Shown here piece by piece: positions 23,368 to 35,877 of a DNA stretch of 64,000 bases (the first letter of the stretch is position 1; the number at the start of each line of letters is the position of its first letter). The notes under the pieces are model-generated. The model did not search any database. It was not told the origin of the DNA and saw only the letters and a list, made by a program, of their open reading frames with translations. A program made the position numbers and the translations under genes. Source of the DNA: Zootoca vivipara (taxonomy: Eukaryota); contig NC_083283.1 of the NCBI RefSeq assembly GCF_963506605.1, positions 67,332,001 to 67,396,000 on the forward strand, read 5' to 3'.

Positions 23368-23617
23368 CAGTCATACCTTGGAAGTCAAACGGAATCCGTT
23401 CCGGAAGTCCGTTTGACTATCAAAACGTTCAGAAACCAAAGCAAAGCTTCAGATTGGCTGCAGGAAGCTCCTGCAGCCAATCAGAAGCTGCTGAAGCCAT
23501 TTTGGACGTCCGGCTTCCAAAAATCATTTGAAAACTGGAACATTTGCTTAAGGGTTTTGATCATTTGGGAGCCGATTGGTTCAGGAGCCAAGGCGTTTGA
23601 GATCCAAGGTATGACTG
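23368..23617. mobile_element. Tigger/pogo-like MITE
   Basis: TA|CAGTCATACCTTGGA...TCCAAGGTATGACTG|TA. Confidence 0.88.
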
Positions 23618-26007
23618 TATACTTGTTAACCACATGAAAGTCACTTCCTGACGTTAATTTTTTTAAAAAATATATTCTAGTTTTCAAATGACTGAAGATT
23701 TTGACACATTTTTCTGAGCATTTGGGGTCAAAAGAAAGTAATTCAAAGCATTTCATTCTGAATCTGCTAGACAGAGCCAGATAGAGGATGGTGACAGGGG
23801 GGTGTCCCACCCCCCCTAACATTTCACTAATATCTTCATTTTTATGTACACTTTCCCCTAATATATGCATTTTTGTAAACATTGTTTTGGGTGGAGAACG
23901 GCACCAAAATTCAGATAAGTATGATTTTCAAAGGTTAGCTGTGTTTCAGTTCACATAGGGTTTCTGAAAGTGTGAAATTGACAGCTCAGGCTTTAAATGC
24001 ACACTGAACTGAATTTCTTCCCCATTCCCTACATATGACTAATATCATGCACACACTTGTCACAACATAAACCTTGTCAAAAGGAGATAATGAAGATGAG
24101 ATTGTTTATTACACTATCTTAATACACATAAATTGAAATGAAATTGTTGTTTTCCTTATTGTCCTAGTCATTTACCATGAGATCTAACAACTTCTATTTT
24201 TATTTTTTTCCTAAAGAGGTTGAACCAGATATCTCAAAGTGCCTGAAGATTACAGAGTGCCACTGTCTGTTTTTGGTGTTAAGGGCATATGAAAACAATG
24301 AAAGCATGCTTGGTACACTAAAATTCCAGGTTGCCTCAAAATACAACATTTAACACCTGGGCTAAAGCACAAACCTCTGTCAAGCCTCCTGACTCCTCCA
24401 GAAAGTAGAGAAACAGGACCAATTGCTATTTTTCTTGATGAGGTGTTGGAATAGCTGACTCCACTCCTGAAACATTAATTCTGCAGTCCTGTATGAACTG
24501 AAATTCCCACTGAACTCAGTGGGACTTGCTTCTGAGTAGACATGCAAAAGATTGCCCTGTAAGTCTAACTGGTGGTACACTAACTGGTGGTACACTAACA
24601 GCCAACTCCTTTGTGTGTGTGTTTTGTGTGTGTGTGTGTGTATGTGTTTCTAATATACGTAATTTAGCTAGTACATAAAAAGATATGACCACCCCACAGC
24701 AGAGTTTGTTCATGGTTGTGACTCCTGCTCCCTGCCCTGCAGGCCTTTTTCCCAACTGGCCTGGGAGGGCAGAGTCCTGATTGACTCCAGCTACAATAGC
24801 TACAATTGCTGAACAGACTCTTTGGCTGGTATATTGTTTAGGGGGTATTGTTGTGGGGAGAGGAGGGTTGTTGCTATTATTGCTATTACTTTTTGTGTCT
24901 TAGTTTTAGACAAGATTTATGTGGAAAGTGCTCAATTTGGACATGTTTTATTTATTGTTTATGACTACTTTTGTTATGTTGTAATTGTGAGTTTTTAATG
25001 TTGTGAGCTGACTTGAGCATACCGGTAGTTTGGACTATGGAAAAGCAGCACATAAAAATAAAGGAATGTATGCGTGTTTTTCCCGATGAAGCTTATTGTG
25101 CTTACGTTACCGGGAATTCAAGGCGGAGGAAAGGGGGCAACAGTATGGCAATGCCAAACTATATGGTTGATTGCCATGGTTGATGTGGCCTCCTTCATGC
25201 ATGAGGATTGGGGTAATTTTCCTCATCCCCCAAAAGGTTATGCCCCAGACTACTTCCCCACACTTAACACTGGCTCTCAAGTCCACACTTCAAAAGACTT
25301 TCATCAGAACAGAATGAATTACTACATTTCCTATTTCTTTAGACATTGTATTCTGTTTAGTTACTCAAACAATCTCAAGTATGGAGGAATTTTTCTTTTT
25401 CTAACCATACTCATTCTAGGGAAAATTCTCTCCTGTCTCTCACAGACTGCAAACAAAAAAGTGGAAAGGTGTGATCACATCTTAAGCTTGCCACCACTTG
25501 AATGAAACCCTTTGACCTTCCGGGGGGGGGGGGGAGAGAATCTGTTGTGACTTGTGAATTTCACACAGAAAATGATTGTGTTTGTAAAGCAGTCTGGAAA
25601 GAAGCTAATTGCCCAAATGAGGCCTATGGTTTTAGATTATTTTTTTAACGTCTCTGGAGGAAGGCAAAACTCAAATTCAAATCATTTTCATTACCACATG
25701 ATGAAAGCGTAATGAATTTCGAAAAGTAATAAAAGATTAGTTCAATGCAAGTCCTGAAAGCTGGATGTGAAGTTTTGTTCAAAAACATGATGATGTGCTA
25801 AAGACCACAAAGACAAATTCCAGTTTGCAAAACAGTTTTTGTGACAGTCTTTCTTTATAAAGAAAACCCAGCTTTCTTTATAAAACAAACAAACAAACAA
25901 AAACAAAAAACAAAAAACAAAACCTGTACTATGGAGTTTTCAGCTGCATGGTCAATTGTGAGTCATCCTCTATGTAAAGAACGGAAAGCTCAACTAATAG
26001 TTGATTA

Positions 26008-26362
26008 AGGTAAAGGTAAAGGGACCCCTGACCATTAGGTCCAGTCGTGACCAACTCTGGGGTTGCGCGCTCATCTCGCATTATTGGCCGAGGGAGCCGG
26101 CGTACAGCTTCCAGGTCATGTGGCCAGCATGACAAAGCCGCTTCTGGCAAACCAGAGCAGCACATGGAAACGCCGTTTACCTTCCCGCTGTAGCGGTTCC
26201 TATTTATCTACTTGCATTTTGACGTGCTTTCAAACTGCTAGGTTGGCAGGAGCTGGGACCAAGCAACGGGAGCTCACCCCGTCACAGGGATTCGAACCGC
26301 CGACCTTCTGATCAGCAAGCCCTAGGCTCAGTGGTTTAGCCCACAGCGCCACCTGGGTCCCC
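26008..26362 (-). mobile_element. Sauria SINE, full length, young subfamily
   Basis: Complete body; TSD AATAGTTGATTA at 25996-26007 and 26363-26374; near-identical to 62611-62965. Confidence 0.95.
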
Positions 26363-27589
26363 AATAGTTGATTAGGAAATGCTTTTTATAAGTAATTTGC
26401 TCTTCAATTCAGATTTGGATTGCAATGAAGGTAATGGGTTAGGATGGAAGTCAACATTGTGCTAATATGTTCATTCTGTCAGCACAAGTCTTTCTGGTTG
26501 CTAGATGGAATGATCTCCTTTTCCCCCATGCACTGTTCTGAGGGTTCCCCTCACGTATCCAAGCTGATTTCAGGGCATAGAGGAGGGGGAAAGCCCCAGT
26601 GAACTAGCAGGACTCATTGCATGGATGCCTGTTAGCACAACTATTTAGTTCGATCCAGTCCTGAAAGACCTAGTACACACAAGGATTCCAATCCAGATCA
26701 GGTAAGATAAGAAAACAGACCATTCCTAGGAGAGAATTTCAAGCTGCCTGGTATCTTAATCAGCTGAGGTGACTTTTCTGACTTCCCCTGTTGTTCATAT
26801 CATGGTTTGGGGAAAGCAATTAAAAATCACAGGCTAGCAAATGACACGGCTATAAATCAAGGTTGAGGAATCTGCGACCTTCTGCTAGACTGTATCTAGA
26901 CAGTGACTCCCATCATCTCTGACCATTGGCCATTCTGGCTGGGGCAAACATCTGAAAGTTCCGCATTCCTGGTATAAATGTGTTTCTTCAAACATGGCTT
27001 CCCCTCCAATAATAGCTCACTTGTTATCATGAAAGCTCAGTAACAAAGTGCTTTTGCAGATTGTGCCACAAAAGTATCTTTAAGGAATACTTCCAGCTTA
27101 ACTAAATTCCCCACTAGCTTTCCAGTGACATATGTTTTTCTAATGATATTTCCTGCTGCAAGCTATGCATGTTTGTTTTCATGTGAAGCTCATCAATAAT
27201 TCTCTTATTCCAAATGTGATTGGAATTAACTGTTGAACAAGGCAGTTTTCTTAGATCTGCCCTGGGAGATTTTAAGCGTGAGTGGTGGCATCAATGGCAG
27301 ATACAAGTTTACCACGAATCAGTGCTGTTATTGCAAGATTAAGTTGTTTTCTTTGGTCTGTACAAATCTCACTAATATGCAACTTCATTAAAAAATATTT
27401 CTCCCATTTTACTTTTAACAGGAAGGAGTGAACTTTACAACTCAGAATCAAACTAGGAGGCTATTTTTAGTACAAACTTCTTCACTACTCTATAATGAAT
27501 TAAGAGATGAAAGATGCAGATCAAACCAATAGTGCTTTGAGAGGCTTCAGAATGAGATTAACCAAAACAGTTAAAAGTCAACCAATATA

Positions 27590-28100
27590 AAGGTAAGTTA
27601 AATGACCCCTGGATGGCTAAGTCCAGTCAAAGGTGACTATGGGGTGTGCCACTCATCTCGCTTCAGCCCAAGGGAGCCAGCGTTTGTCCACAGACAGCTT
27701 TCCAGGTCAGGTGGCCAGCATGACTAAACTGCTACTGGTGCACAGAGGACCGTGACGAGTGCCAGAGCACTGTTTACTTTCCCACCACAGCAGTACCTAT
27801 TTATCTACTTGCACTGGTGTGCTTTCAAACTGCTAGGCTGGCAGAAACTGGGACAGAGCAATGGAGCTCACCCCGTTGCGTGGACTCAAACTGCCAACCT
27901 TCCAATCATTAAGCCCAAGAGGCTCAGTGGTTTAGACCAGTGGTCCTCAACCTTGGGCCTCCAGATGTTTTTGGCCTACAACTCCCATGATCCCTATCTA
28001 GTAGGACCAGTGGTCAGGGATGATGGGAATTGTAGTCTCAAAACATCTGGAGGCCCAAGGTTGAGGACCACTGGTTTAGACCACAGCGCCACCCGTGTCC
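27590..28100 (-). mobile_element. Older Sauria SINE interrupted by a hAT MITE
   Basis: Diverged SINE body; TSD CCAATATA at 27582-27589 and 28101-28108. Confidence 0.88.
27938..28073. mobile_element. Palindromic hAT MITE nested in SINE head
   Basis: TIR CAGTGGTCCTCAACCTTGGGCCTCCAGATGTTTT and its reverse complement; TSD GTTTAGAC at 27930-27937 and 28074-28081. Confidence 0.93.
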
Positions 28101-28933
28101 CCAATATAGCACAATATGAGTGGAAAATGGATGTTGGATTCTGTACATGTTAACTCAACACTCACTGTTATTGCAAAGCCTGTCAGGGCTGATTAGCTAT
28201 TAACAATAGTTAAATCACTTATTTTTGAAGTTTAAACAAGTGTCTTGTTTCCTACAAATCCCCAAATTTCAGCAGAACTACCCAGCATTATCAAGTACTC
28301 ACATAGATATTTGACGGATCTGTTCCAGGAAGCTGTGCATTTGCAAGTTCTTAAATTTTTAAAAGTGCATTTACAATTTTGCAAAATAATAATAATAAAT
28401 TGCTTAGTGTCATGGAACACAGTGAAACCAGTGATCCATATCCTTGGTGAAGCAGCAGCAAATTGCTACAAATAATAGCCGTGATTTTACACACTATTAT
28501 CAAGCAAAAATACTGTTTTTAAATAATTTTAATTTTTAAAAGTGAAGACTGCTTGCTAGCATATTATTAAAAAGGAATGAACTGAAATTATGGAGACAAA
28601 TTTCTGTTGTGACACTGGCTTTTTCTTAAGATAAGCCACTATGTTAAATCTGCCCTGTGCTTTCAAGCAATCAAAAAGCGATGACCACTGTGGTCATCAC
28701 CTAAAGCCTAAAAGAAGTCTGTGAGAATGAGCAAAGCTACACTGCCCTCTTTCTCCCAACATGCATCAATCACCAGAGTGACCCAGTCAGTTTTTGTGCC
28801 AAAATCAGGCCTGGAACCAGGCTGAAATGGATCTAAATAACCCGTCATTTGAGAGTGTCTTGAAGCAACTCTTCCACCTTGCCCAAAAGGGAATATCTGT
28901 GATCAATTGTTTTAATCCTCTGGATCCAATGAG

Positions 28934-28934
<1 letters not shown>

Positions 28935-28976
<42 letters not shown>
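28935..28976. repeat. (AAT)n microsatellite
   Basis: Direct reading of the sequence. Confidence 0.95.
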
Positions 28977-28981
<5 letters not shown>

Positions 28982-29520
28982 TTTTCTTGGTTTACAAAAG
29001 TACATGCCTTGTTTTTTTTTCAATGAGGGTTTTTAAAGTGTGTGCTCACAATTGCCTCTTACAAGGCATTCAGGGCCATCTCCTCTTGCAAGGAGGCATA
29101 TGTTACCTCCTGGAGCCATTCCCTCCTGCTAAACATTATTAGCCAGGAAGGCCAAACCAGAATGTGGACAAGCCACACTCCTGCAAGCAACTTGTCCATG
29201 CTGGCAACCTTATCCTGCAGTAGCCTTAAACCCTGGGCTTCCTGCAGTTCAGGCAAGAGATGTGCAGGAACTGCAGAGGCAGCCTCTGAACACCTCAGTC
29301 ACTGGCACTTACTTGGAAGGTGTGGGGTGTGTGGCAGGGTAGCAGCAAAGCTGGGGCTGTGTGGTCGCACCAGCATAGCTAATCTGTAGCTCCTGCTGGT
29401 GCACCTCTGCAGCCCTGACCTCATCACCACTCTGCCCCCACAACATCCAGATAAGAAGCAACAACACCGGTGACATGAGAGCAGCTCCACAGCACCACCT
29501 CACTATGCCACCTTACTTAA

Positions 29521-29533
29521 AGGTAAAGGTAGA
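29521..29533 (-). mobile_element. Tail-only Sauria SINE-type micro-insertion
   Basis: AGGTAAAGGTAGA between perfect 16-bp direct repeats ATGCCACCTTACTTAA (29505-29520, 29534-29549). Confidence 0.7.
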
Positions 29534-32385
29534 ATGCCACCTTACTTAAGATTCCTTAAATGAACTGCAGAACTGCTGCAAGTCCTGGATAAGGTTGGCC
29601 ACTTTGCTTAAGAGTTGAGGAACTCACGAAAAGCATTAGCAGAGAGGAAGTGCGATTGTATCACAATATCTGACGCCCACTTATTCCCTCACCATATAGG
29701 AGTAGGGGGCTGGAGTTCATCTAAGTGTGGTCTATGGAACAGCTCTTAAACTTCTGGTGGAACATTTAGGCAACGAAAAGTCCAGTCTGATTGAGAAGAG
29801 AACAGCTTTATATTTCTATATTTTTAATAGTAAAGCTAGAATTTTACCCTTTTCACCTTCAATACCCTTCACATTTATCATCTATTACAGCAAAAATAGG
29901 GACCCGCAACCTGAAGGGGACTTTTCTGTGCAGCTGTAATAGGTGGAAGTAAATAATACATAAAAAGCAGCAGTTCTCATACAGAGGCATATACGCTATG
30001 CTACCATTTCTCTTTATTTATAACTTCAGCAAGCCAGATATCCCTGTATGGCTTCTGGTTATGACCTTTTCGTGGTGACAGCTCTAAAAGACATTTTGAA
30101 TAATTACCCATGAGGAAAGATCTTTTTATATGATTTTATAGGCATCCTACAGTGAGATGATCTTTCACAGAATCTTCATTCACATTCGGAAAATAATAAT
30201 AATTAATGATTCTCTTTAAGTTTGGGCTGAAAAATAATGTACAACTTTAAATTCATGCCAACCATTTCCTTTTTGGGTGCTGGGCTCCTATCCCAACTCT
30301 CAAATTATCTCAGCATTGGGAGTGATGAGAATCCTTGAAGGATGTAAGCGCAACAGGATAACTTTTCAAAAAATGCAGGAAAGGTCAGATTAAATAAGCC
30401 ACAATCAAACCAACTAAAAGAAAAGCTCTTATTAAATTGTGGGACTTGTGGTAACAGCTCTACACTGTTATCCTATGAATGCCAAAGACTAAAAATGAAT
30501 GTGGTACATTCATGTGGGTAGCTTATGTACCAGATCATCATGTGACTCAGCCAGGTTGTGTTAAGGGGAATGTGAGTTGGTCAGTTAATGTGTGTAAAAG
30601 CAGCCATTGTGTACACTTCATGAAGAAGGTGCCACATATTCATTCCTGGAAGATGGAGCTGTGCACATTTCCTGGTCAGTATACATAATTCCCAGCAGGC
30701 CTTGGGGAATGTGTTAAATATATAAGTGCATAAAATGCAATGCTTGTATGCACTGTGTTTGAAAGCATTTTGCAAAGAGAAGTTTGCATAAGGCACAGGA
30801 GGTTTCATTGTGGCAAAAGCAACAGCAAAGGTTGGATGCTTCAGTTTCAATCTTTCGGCTAATTCATGACTCATCCTGGCATCAGCAGTGAACCCGCAGC
30901 AACAGCAGTAGTGGCTAAGTTCCATGATGGTGAACAAGCAAGTTGGGACCAGAAAGAGAGAAAAAAGTTTATTGAACTGAATTAAGGACTGGACCTCGTT
31001 GCTTGTTTGTTTAAGAGCAATGTGTTACTTTGTATTTTGCAATGTTTTAAACTGTTCTGCATTAAAGCTTTCAAACTCATTCTTGTGGTGGAGAGCAAAT
31101 TCTTTTCTACTCTACGCAAGGTCCAGATTAGTGTTTCCATTGCAGCAACTCCAACAGAATGTATTGACTTTTGTACACTCTCTCACTATTATGCATAATC
31201 TCCAACAGGCTTTGTGGAATACAGATATGCAGACTGCATTTTGTACAATCTGTGGGCAGTATGGACATTCTCTGATCAGTATGCATAGCCTCGAAATTTT
31301 AAAAAATATTTATTGTTCAGACATGTTGAAACTGCATGCCTTGGGCTACATCCTGGCACACTGCCTAATCTTACATGGCCCACAACAAACCTTCTACTCC
31401 CAATTTATCAAACAAACAGGAGGAAAGGAGGGGGCTCCAGATAATTGTTATTTATTTATTAGTTATTCAATCTATATCCCACCCTTCCTCCAAAGGAGCT
31501 CCTTTATTCTGCAGCCCTTTTAACTATTCTTGGCTGTTCCCCGGTCAGGTGAGCATAATCTAGGAACAAATTTGCATTCCAACTGGCTGTTTGAAAAGTT
31601 TGTATGTGTGTAAACCTAACAAAATGTCCTCTCCACCCCGCAAATAGCAATAGCACGCATGTTTAGCTCTAGTTATGCTTTTGTGAGGTGATGGACTACT
31701 CATAATTCATTTCATGAATTTGGCATTATTGCCTTCCTGGATTAAGGTCAAGCCTAGGTGGGATGTAAACCCTTTAATCCACAAGAGAAATCCCAGATCA
31801 ATATGCCTTCTTCATTTCCCCTGCACTTTCAGAATGATAGACAGAACAGAGAATAGGACAGAGGAAAAGCAATTTATCCATAATACCCATTACTGACAAA
31901 GACACATATATTCATGAAAAGAAATCTGCATGAGGGCAGGTTGTATTCAATTATTTATTTATTTTAAAAAATACTTTGATCATTGAATCCCTAGTATAGT
32001 GATTCTAACACCAACACATACACATTTCCAGAAGAATGTTACCCTGAAACATTAGAGAACCGACTGTGAAATTCAAATAAAACACTAGTCTTTGAAAACT
32101 TAAAGAGCTTCAAACCCTAGCCACACAACCTTTACCATAACTGAACAGATGTATTAATGACTTCAGCAATTTATCGGACTATACTAAAGCAGAGGTCATG
32201 GATGAAAACTGATGGTGGTGTTGTGCAGTGGTTAGAAATGTGAGCTCAGATGTCACCAGTTCAAATTTCACATTCCATGGCTTTACATTACAGCCCCCCC
32301 CCTCAGTTATTGTTCTCCTCCTTACTTGAAAAATTATGGCTTTTGTACAAAGCAGCACAAACATTAGTGCTGTCTAACACTATTA

Positions 32386-32611
32386 CAGTGGTACCTCTGG
32401 TTAAGAACTTAATTCATTCCAGAGGTCCGTTCTTAACCTGAAACTGTTCTTAACCTGAGGTACCACTTTAGCTAATGGGGCCTCCTCCTGCCGCTGCATG
32501 GCCACCGCACGATTTCTGTTCTCATCCTGAAGCAAAGTTCTTAACCCGAGGTACTATTTCTGGGTTAGTGGAGTCTGTAACCCGAAGCATCTGTAACCCG
32601 AGGTACCACTC
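32386..32611. mobile_element. Tigger/pogo-like MITE
   Basis: TA|CAGTGGTACCTCTGGTTA...TAACCCGAGGTACCACT. Confidence 0.82.
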
Positions 32612-32899
32612 ATGCAATGCTACGATTGCATGTGTTAAATGCTATATAGACAAAGTCGCCATGTAGTAATTGTAATAGCATATTTATATTTTGTTTAAAA
32701 AATTGCTCCAAGTACCTATGGTGGGTAGCAATCAATAGAAGACCACAAAATGCAACAGCAACAATGAAACCACATGATCACAAACGAACAAGAATTACAC
32801 AATAAATATCTAAACCAATCAGCCGAATGAAACTGGTGGAAAGCAAGCACCAAACGCTGACCCTTAGCAATTCATAACATTTCAGCACAAATGCTTTAC

Positions 32900-33220
32900 A
32901 AAAAGCCGGGTTTTAGCTTATCACTGGAAGCTATATAAAGTCGGGGCCTGGTGGGAGGGCATTCCACAATGTTGGTGCCACAACTGAAAAGGCCGTGCTC
33001 CTAGGGAGTCCCTGTCCATTAGGCATACAGAGCAAGTTCTCAGATGGTAACCAGAGTGCATTGGGCAGCCCACAAGGGAGAGGGCAGTATATTGGGCCCC
33101 AAGCTTGTCTTGAACCTGCATGGTGAAAAAACAGCACCTTAAATTGAGTCCATGTGTGAACAATGCACATCCACGAGCAGCACTGACCTGCTTTCAAATT
33201 ATTGGATTATCCTGGCTGAA
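32900..33220 (-). mobile_element. Old L2 3' fragment
   Basis: The minus frame gives 'AFSVVAPTLWNALP', an L2 ORF2 C-terminal motif. Confidence 0.7.
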
Positions 33221-33240
33221 AGGATTAAGTAAATGGCAGC

Positions 33241-33286
<46 letters not shown>

Positions 33287-33412
33287 TTATTTATACCCCG
33301 CCCCATCTGGCTGGGCTTCCCCTGCCACTCTGGGCGGCTTCCAACAAACATTAAAATACATCAAATATCACAGATTAAAAACTTCCCTAAACAAGGCTGC
33401 CTTTAGGTATTT
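33241..33412 (-). mobile_element. L2 LINE 3' UTR with (ATT)n tail
   Basis: Reverse complement matches the L2 3' end at ~60960-61070 (CCCAGAGTGG...CCCAGCCAGATGGG.CGGGGTATAAATAAA). Confidence 0.8.
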
Positions 33413-33524
33413 TCTATATTCTATTTCTATATTGTCTATACAGATAAAATGTATGCCTCTACCTAAATTCAAAGCGTCAGCTTTGTGTATGCCTCATATT
33501 GGCTGCTCCAGAGAAGTTAATGGA

Positions 33525-33715
33525 GCACCGGAGCCAACTCGCAGGGGCCGAGGGGGTCTTTGACTCCCCCCAATAAAATATTTGAGGGGGCTGCACCTCC
33601 CCAAAGTTGATGGGTGCTGCCATTCTAATGGTGCACATGCACCTCATCATGCGATCAATTGTGTGGGGACAGGGCTTACCAGCCTCCCCCAATATTTTGT
33701 TCAAGTTGACACCCC
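33525..33715. mobile_element. Non-autonomous DNA-transposon-like repeat
   Basis: Homologous to 40488-40685 (GGAGCCAAC..AGGGGC.GAGGGG...TGTGGGG.CAGGGCTTACC). Confidence 0.55.
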
Positions 33716-34097
33716 TGAAATAAACACACCTGTACACCTGTTTCACATGTGTGTTAGAAAGCACACAGAGCTCTGGAACAGACACTTGAATCTGATATGT
33801 TCACCTCTAGTCAGTGCTTCCCTCGCCCAGCTGAGTAGACTTTGTAAGACCCCAAGTTCCCTTTAATTAAGATACTGACAGGTATGCTTTGCCTGAATTT
33901 ATGCCACACGATTTATTTAATCTCCTTCTTTTATGCTTTCCCATACCACAGAAATTTTTTGGGGGGGGCACCTAAATCCTCCCATGACAGGAATTCCCTG
34001 ACTTGCTTCATAATGATACTGAAGACCATTTTTTTTTAAAAAAAAAGTTACATTTTTTAAAAAGGGAAATATAAAATAAAACCAGTATTTTAAAACA

Positions 34098-34240
34098 CAT
34101 AGAATCATAGAGTTGGAAGGGACCCTGAGGATCATTTAGTCCAACCCCTGCAATGCAGGAATAGGCAGCTGTCCCTTACGGGGATCAAAACTGCAACCTT
34201 GGCATTATCTGCAGCATGCTCTAACCAACTCAGCTATCCA
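34098..34240 (-). mobile_element. tRNA(Ile)-derived SINE with CR1-type tail
   Basis: Minus strand TAGCTGAGTTGGTTAGAGCATG...AAGGTTGCAG...GATCCCCGTA head, ending CCCTTCCAACTCTATGATTCTATG. Confidence 0.75.
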
Positions 34241-34398
34241 GCTACTAAAAGCCTGGCTAGACTTTGCTGGAACAAAGAAGTTTTTAGCAGGTGTTTTCTG
34301 AAACAATGTGAGGAACAGAACTGAGCCGTTCTCTGAAGTCCACATTTTCCTGAATTGTGCTATAGCTCTCCAGCCATGTATTGTGAAGAAAATGTACA

Positions 34399-34437
<39 letters not shown>

Positions 34438-35380
34438 TTTTTTATTCATACCCCACCCTCCCCAGTCAAAACCAGGCTCAGGGCGGCTAATACCAATAAA
34501 ATTACAATAAGACATAAAAGAAAAGAAAACAATTAATTAAAATACAGATTAAAATACAATATTAAAATTTAAAATGCAGCCTCATTTTAAGTAGTCCATA
34601 AATCCAAACCATGAGGGAGGAAAACACAGGGGTCAGACTGAATCCAACCCACAGGCCAGGTGGAACAGCTCTGTCTTGCAGGCCCTGCGGAAAGATGACA
34701 AATCCCGCAGGGCCCTGGTCTCCTGTGAAAGAGTGTTCCACCAAGTTGGGGCCAATACTGAAAAGGCCCTGGCTCTAGTTGAGGCCAATCTAGCCACCTT
34801 ATGGCTCGGGATCTCCAGAATATTGTTGTTTGTGGACCTTAAGGTCCTCTGCGGGGCATACCAGGAGAGGCGGTCTCGTGGGTACGAGGGTCCCAAACCG
34901 CATAGGGCTTTAAAGGTCAAAACCAGCACCTTAAACCTGATCCTGTACTCCACCGGGAGCCAGTGCAGCTGGTAAAGCACTGGATTAATGTGATCCCGCG
35001 GCCGGGACCCTGTAAGGAGCCTCGCCGCGGCATTCTGCACCCGCTGGAGTTTCTGGGTCAACTTCAAGGTCAGCCCCGCGTAGAGCGAGTTACAATAATC
35101 AAGCCTGGAGGTGACCGTCGCATGGATCACTGTGGCCAGATCAGGGTGAGAGAGGTAAAGGACCAACTGCTTGATACGGCGGAGATGGAAAAATGCCACC
35201 TTAGCTGTGGCTGCAACCTGTGCCTCCGTGGAAAGGGAGGCGTCAACGATTACACCCTAACTCTTGACAGAAAGCGCTGGCACTAATTGAGCCCCTGCAA
35301 GAGATGGGAGTTGGCCCCCCAACCCCATGTCGTCCCGACCCAGCCAGAGGACCTCTGTCTTCGAAGGATTTAGCTTCAAC
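34399..35380 (-). mobile_element. L2 LINE, 5'-truncated ~1 kb copy
   Basis: ORF2 C-terminus plus 3' UTR and (ATT)n tail at 34399-34432. Confidence 0.92.
34633..35199 (-). pseudogene. L2 ORF2 C-terminal coding remnant (188 aa open)
   Basis: Motifs SRLDYCNSLY, LQRVQNAAARL, LHWLPV, FKVLVLTFKAL, RAFSVLAPTWWN. Confidence 0.9.
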
Positions 35381-35623
35381 AAAGTACGATTAAAAATGGA
35401 TATAATGCATTATATTAGTGGAGATTGCATACAAAAATGTGTGTGTTAGGGGAAATGTGCAGAATAAGGGCTGATGAGGTTCTTTTTTTAGAATTCAGAG
35501 AACTGAATTTAAGAATGGGAAAATGAGAAATTGAAATGGAAAAATTTGGCCATATCTAATGGGCAGAGAGCTCCAGAGCATAGTTGACACCACACTTTAA
35601 GATCAACTTAAGATCAACCTAAA

Positions 35624-35877
35624 CAGTGGCGTAGTAATGGGGGGGTGAGGCTGGGCGGGGGGCAGCAGGCAGGACAGGAGGCATACAACGCGGCAACGCG
35701 GCAAACCCCGCGGGCAAGCCGCAGAGTGAGGCAGTCTCGCTTGCATCACTGCCATCGAGGAGAAGCCCCGATGCAAGCAAGACTGCCTCACTCCGCGGCT
35801 TGCTCGCAGGGTTTGCCGCGCCGCCGCGTTATATGCCTCCTGTGCATGCGCACATCAGGCAGCTAGCTACGCTGCTG
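35624..35877. mobile_element. GC-rich hAT-like element with long internal hairpin
   Basis: CAGTGGCGTAG...CTACGCTGCTG termini; internal inverted repeat 35674-35843; TSD not evident. Confidence 0.6.

Noticed and set aside
30999-31523. 174-aa plus-strand ORF
   Set aside because: Non-ATG start, AT-rich intron-like composition, no domain and no convincing splice boundaries.
34180-34240. tRNA-Ile-like sequence
   Set aside because: Degenerate anticodon and T arms, and joined to a CR1-type tail; this is a SINE head, not a tRNA gene.
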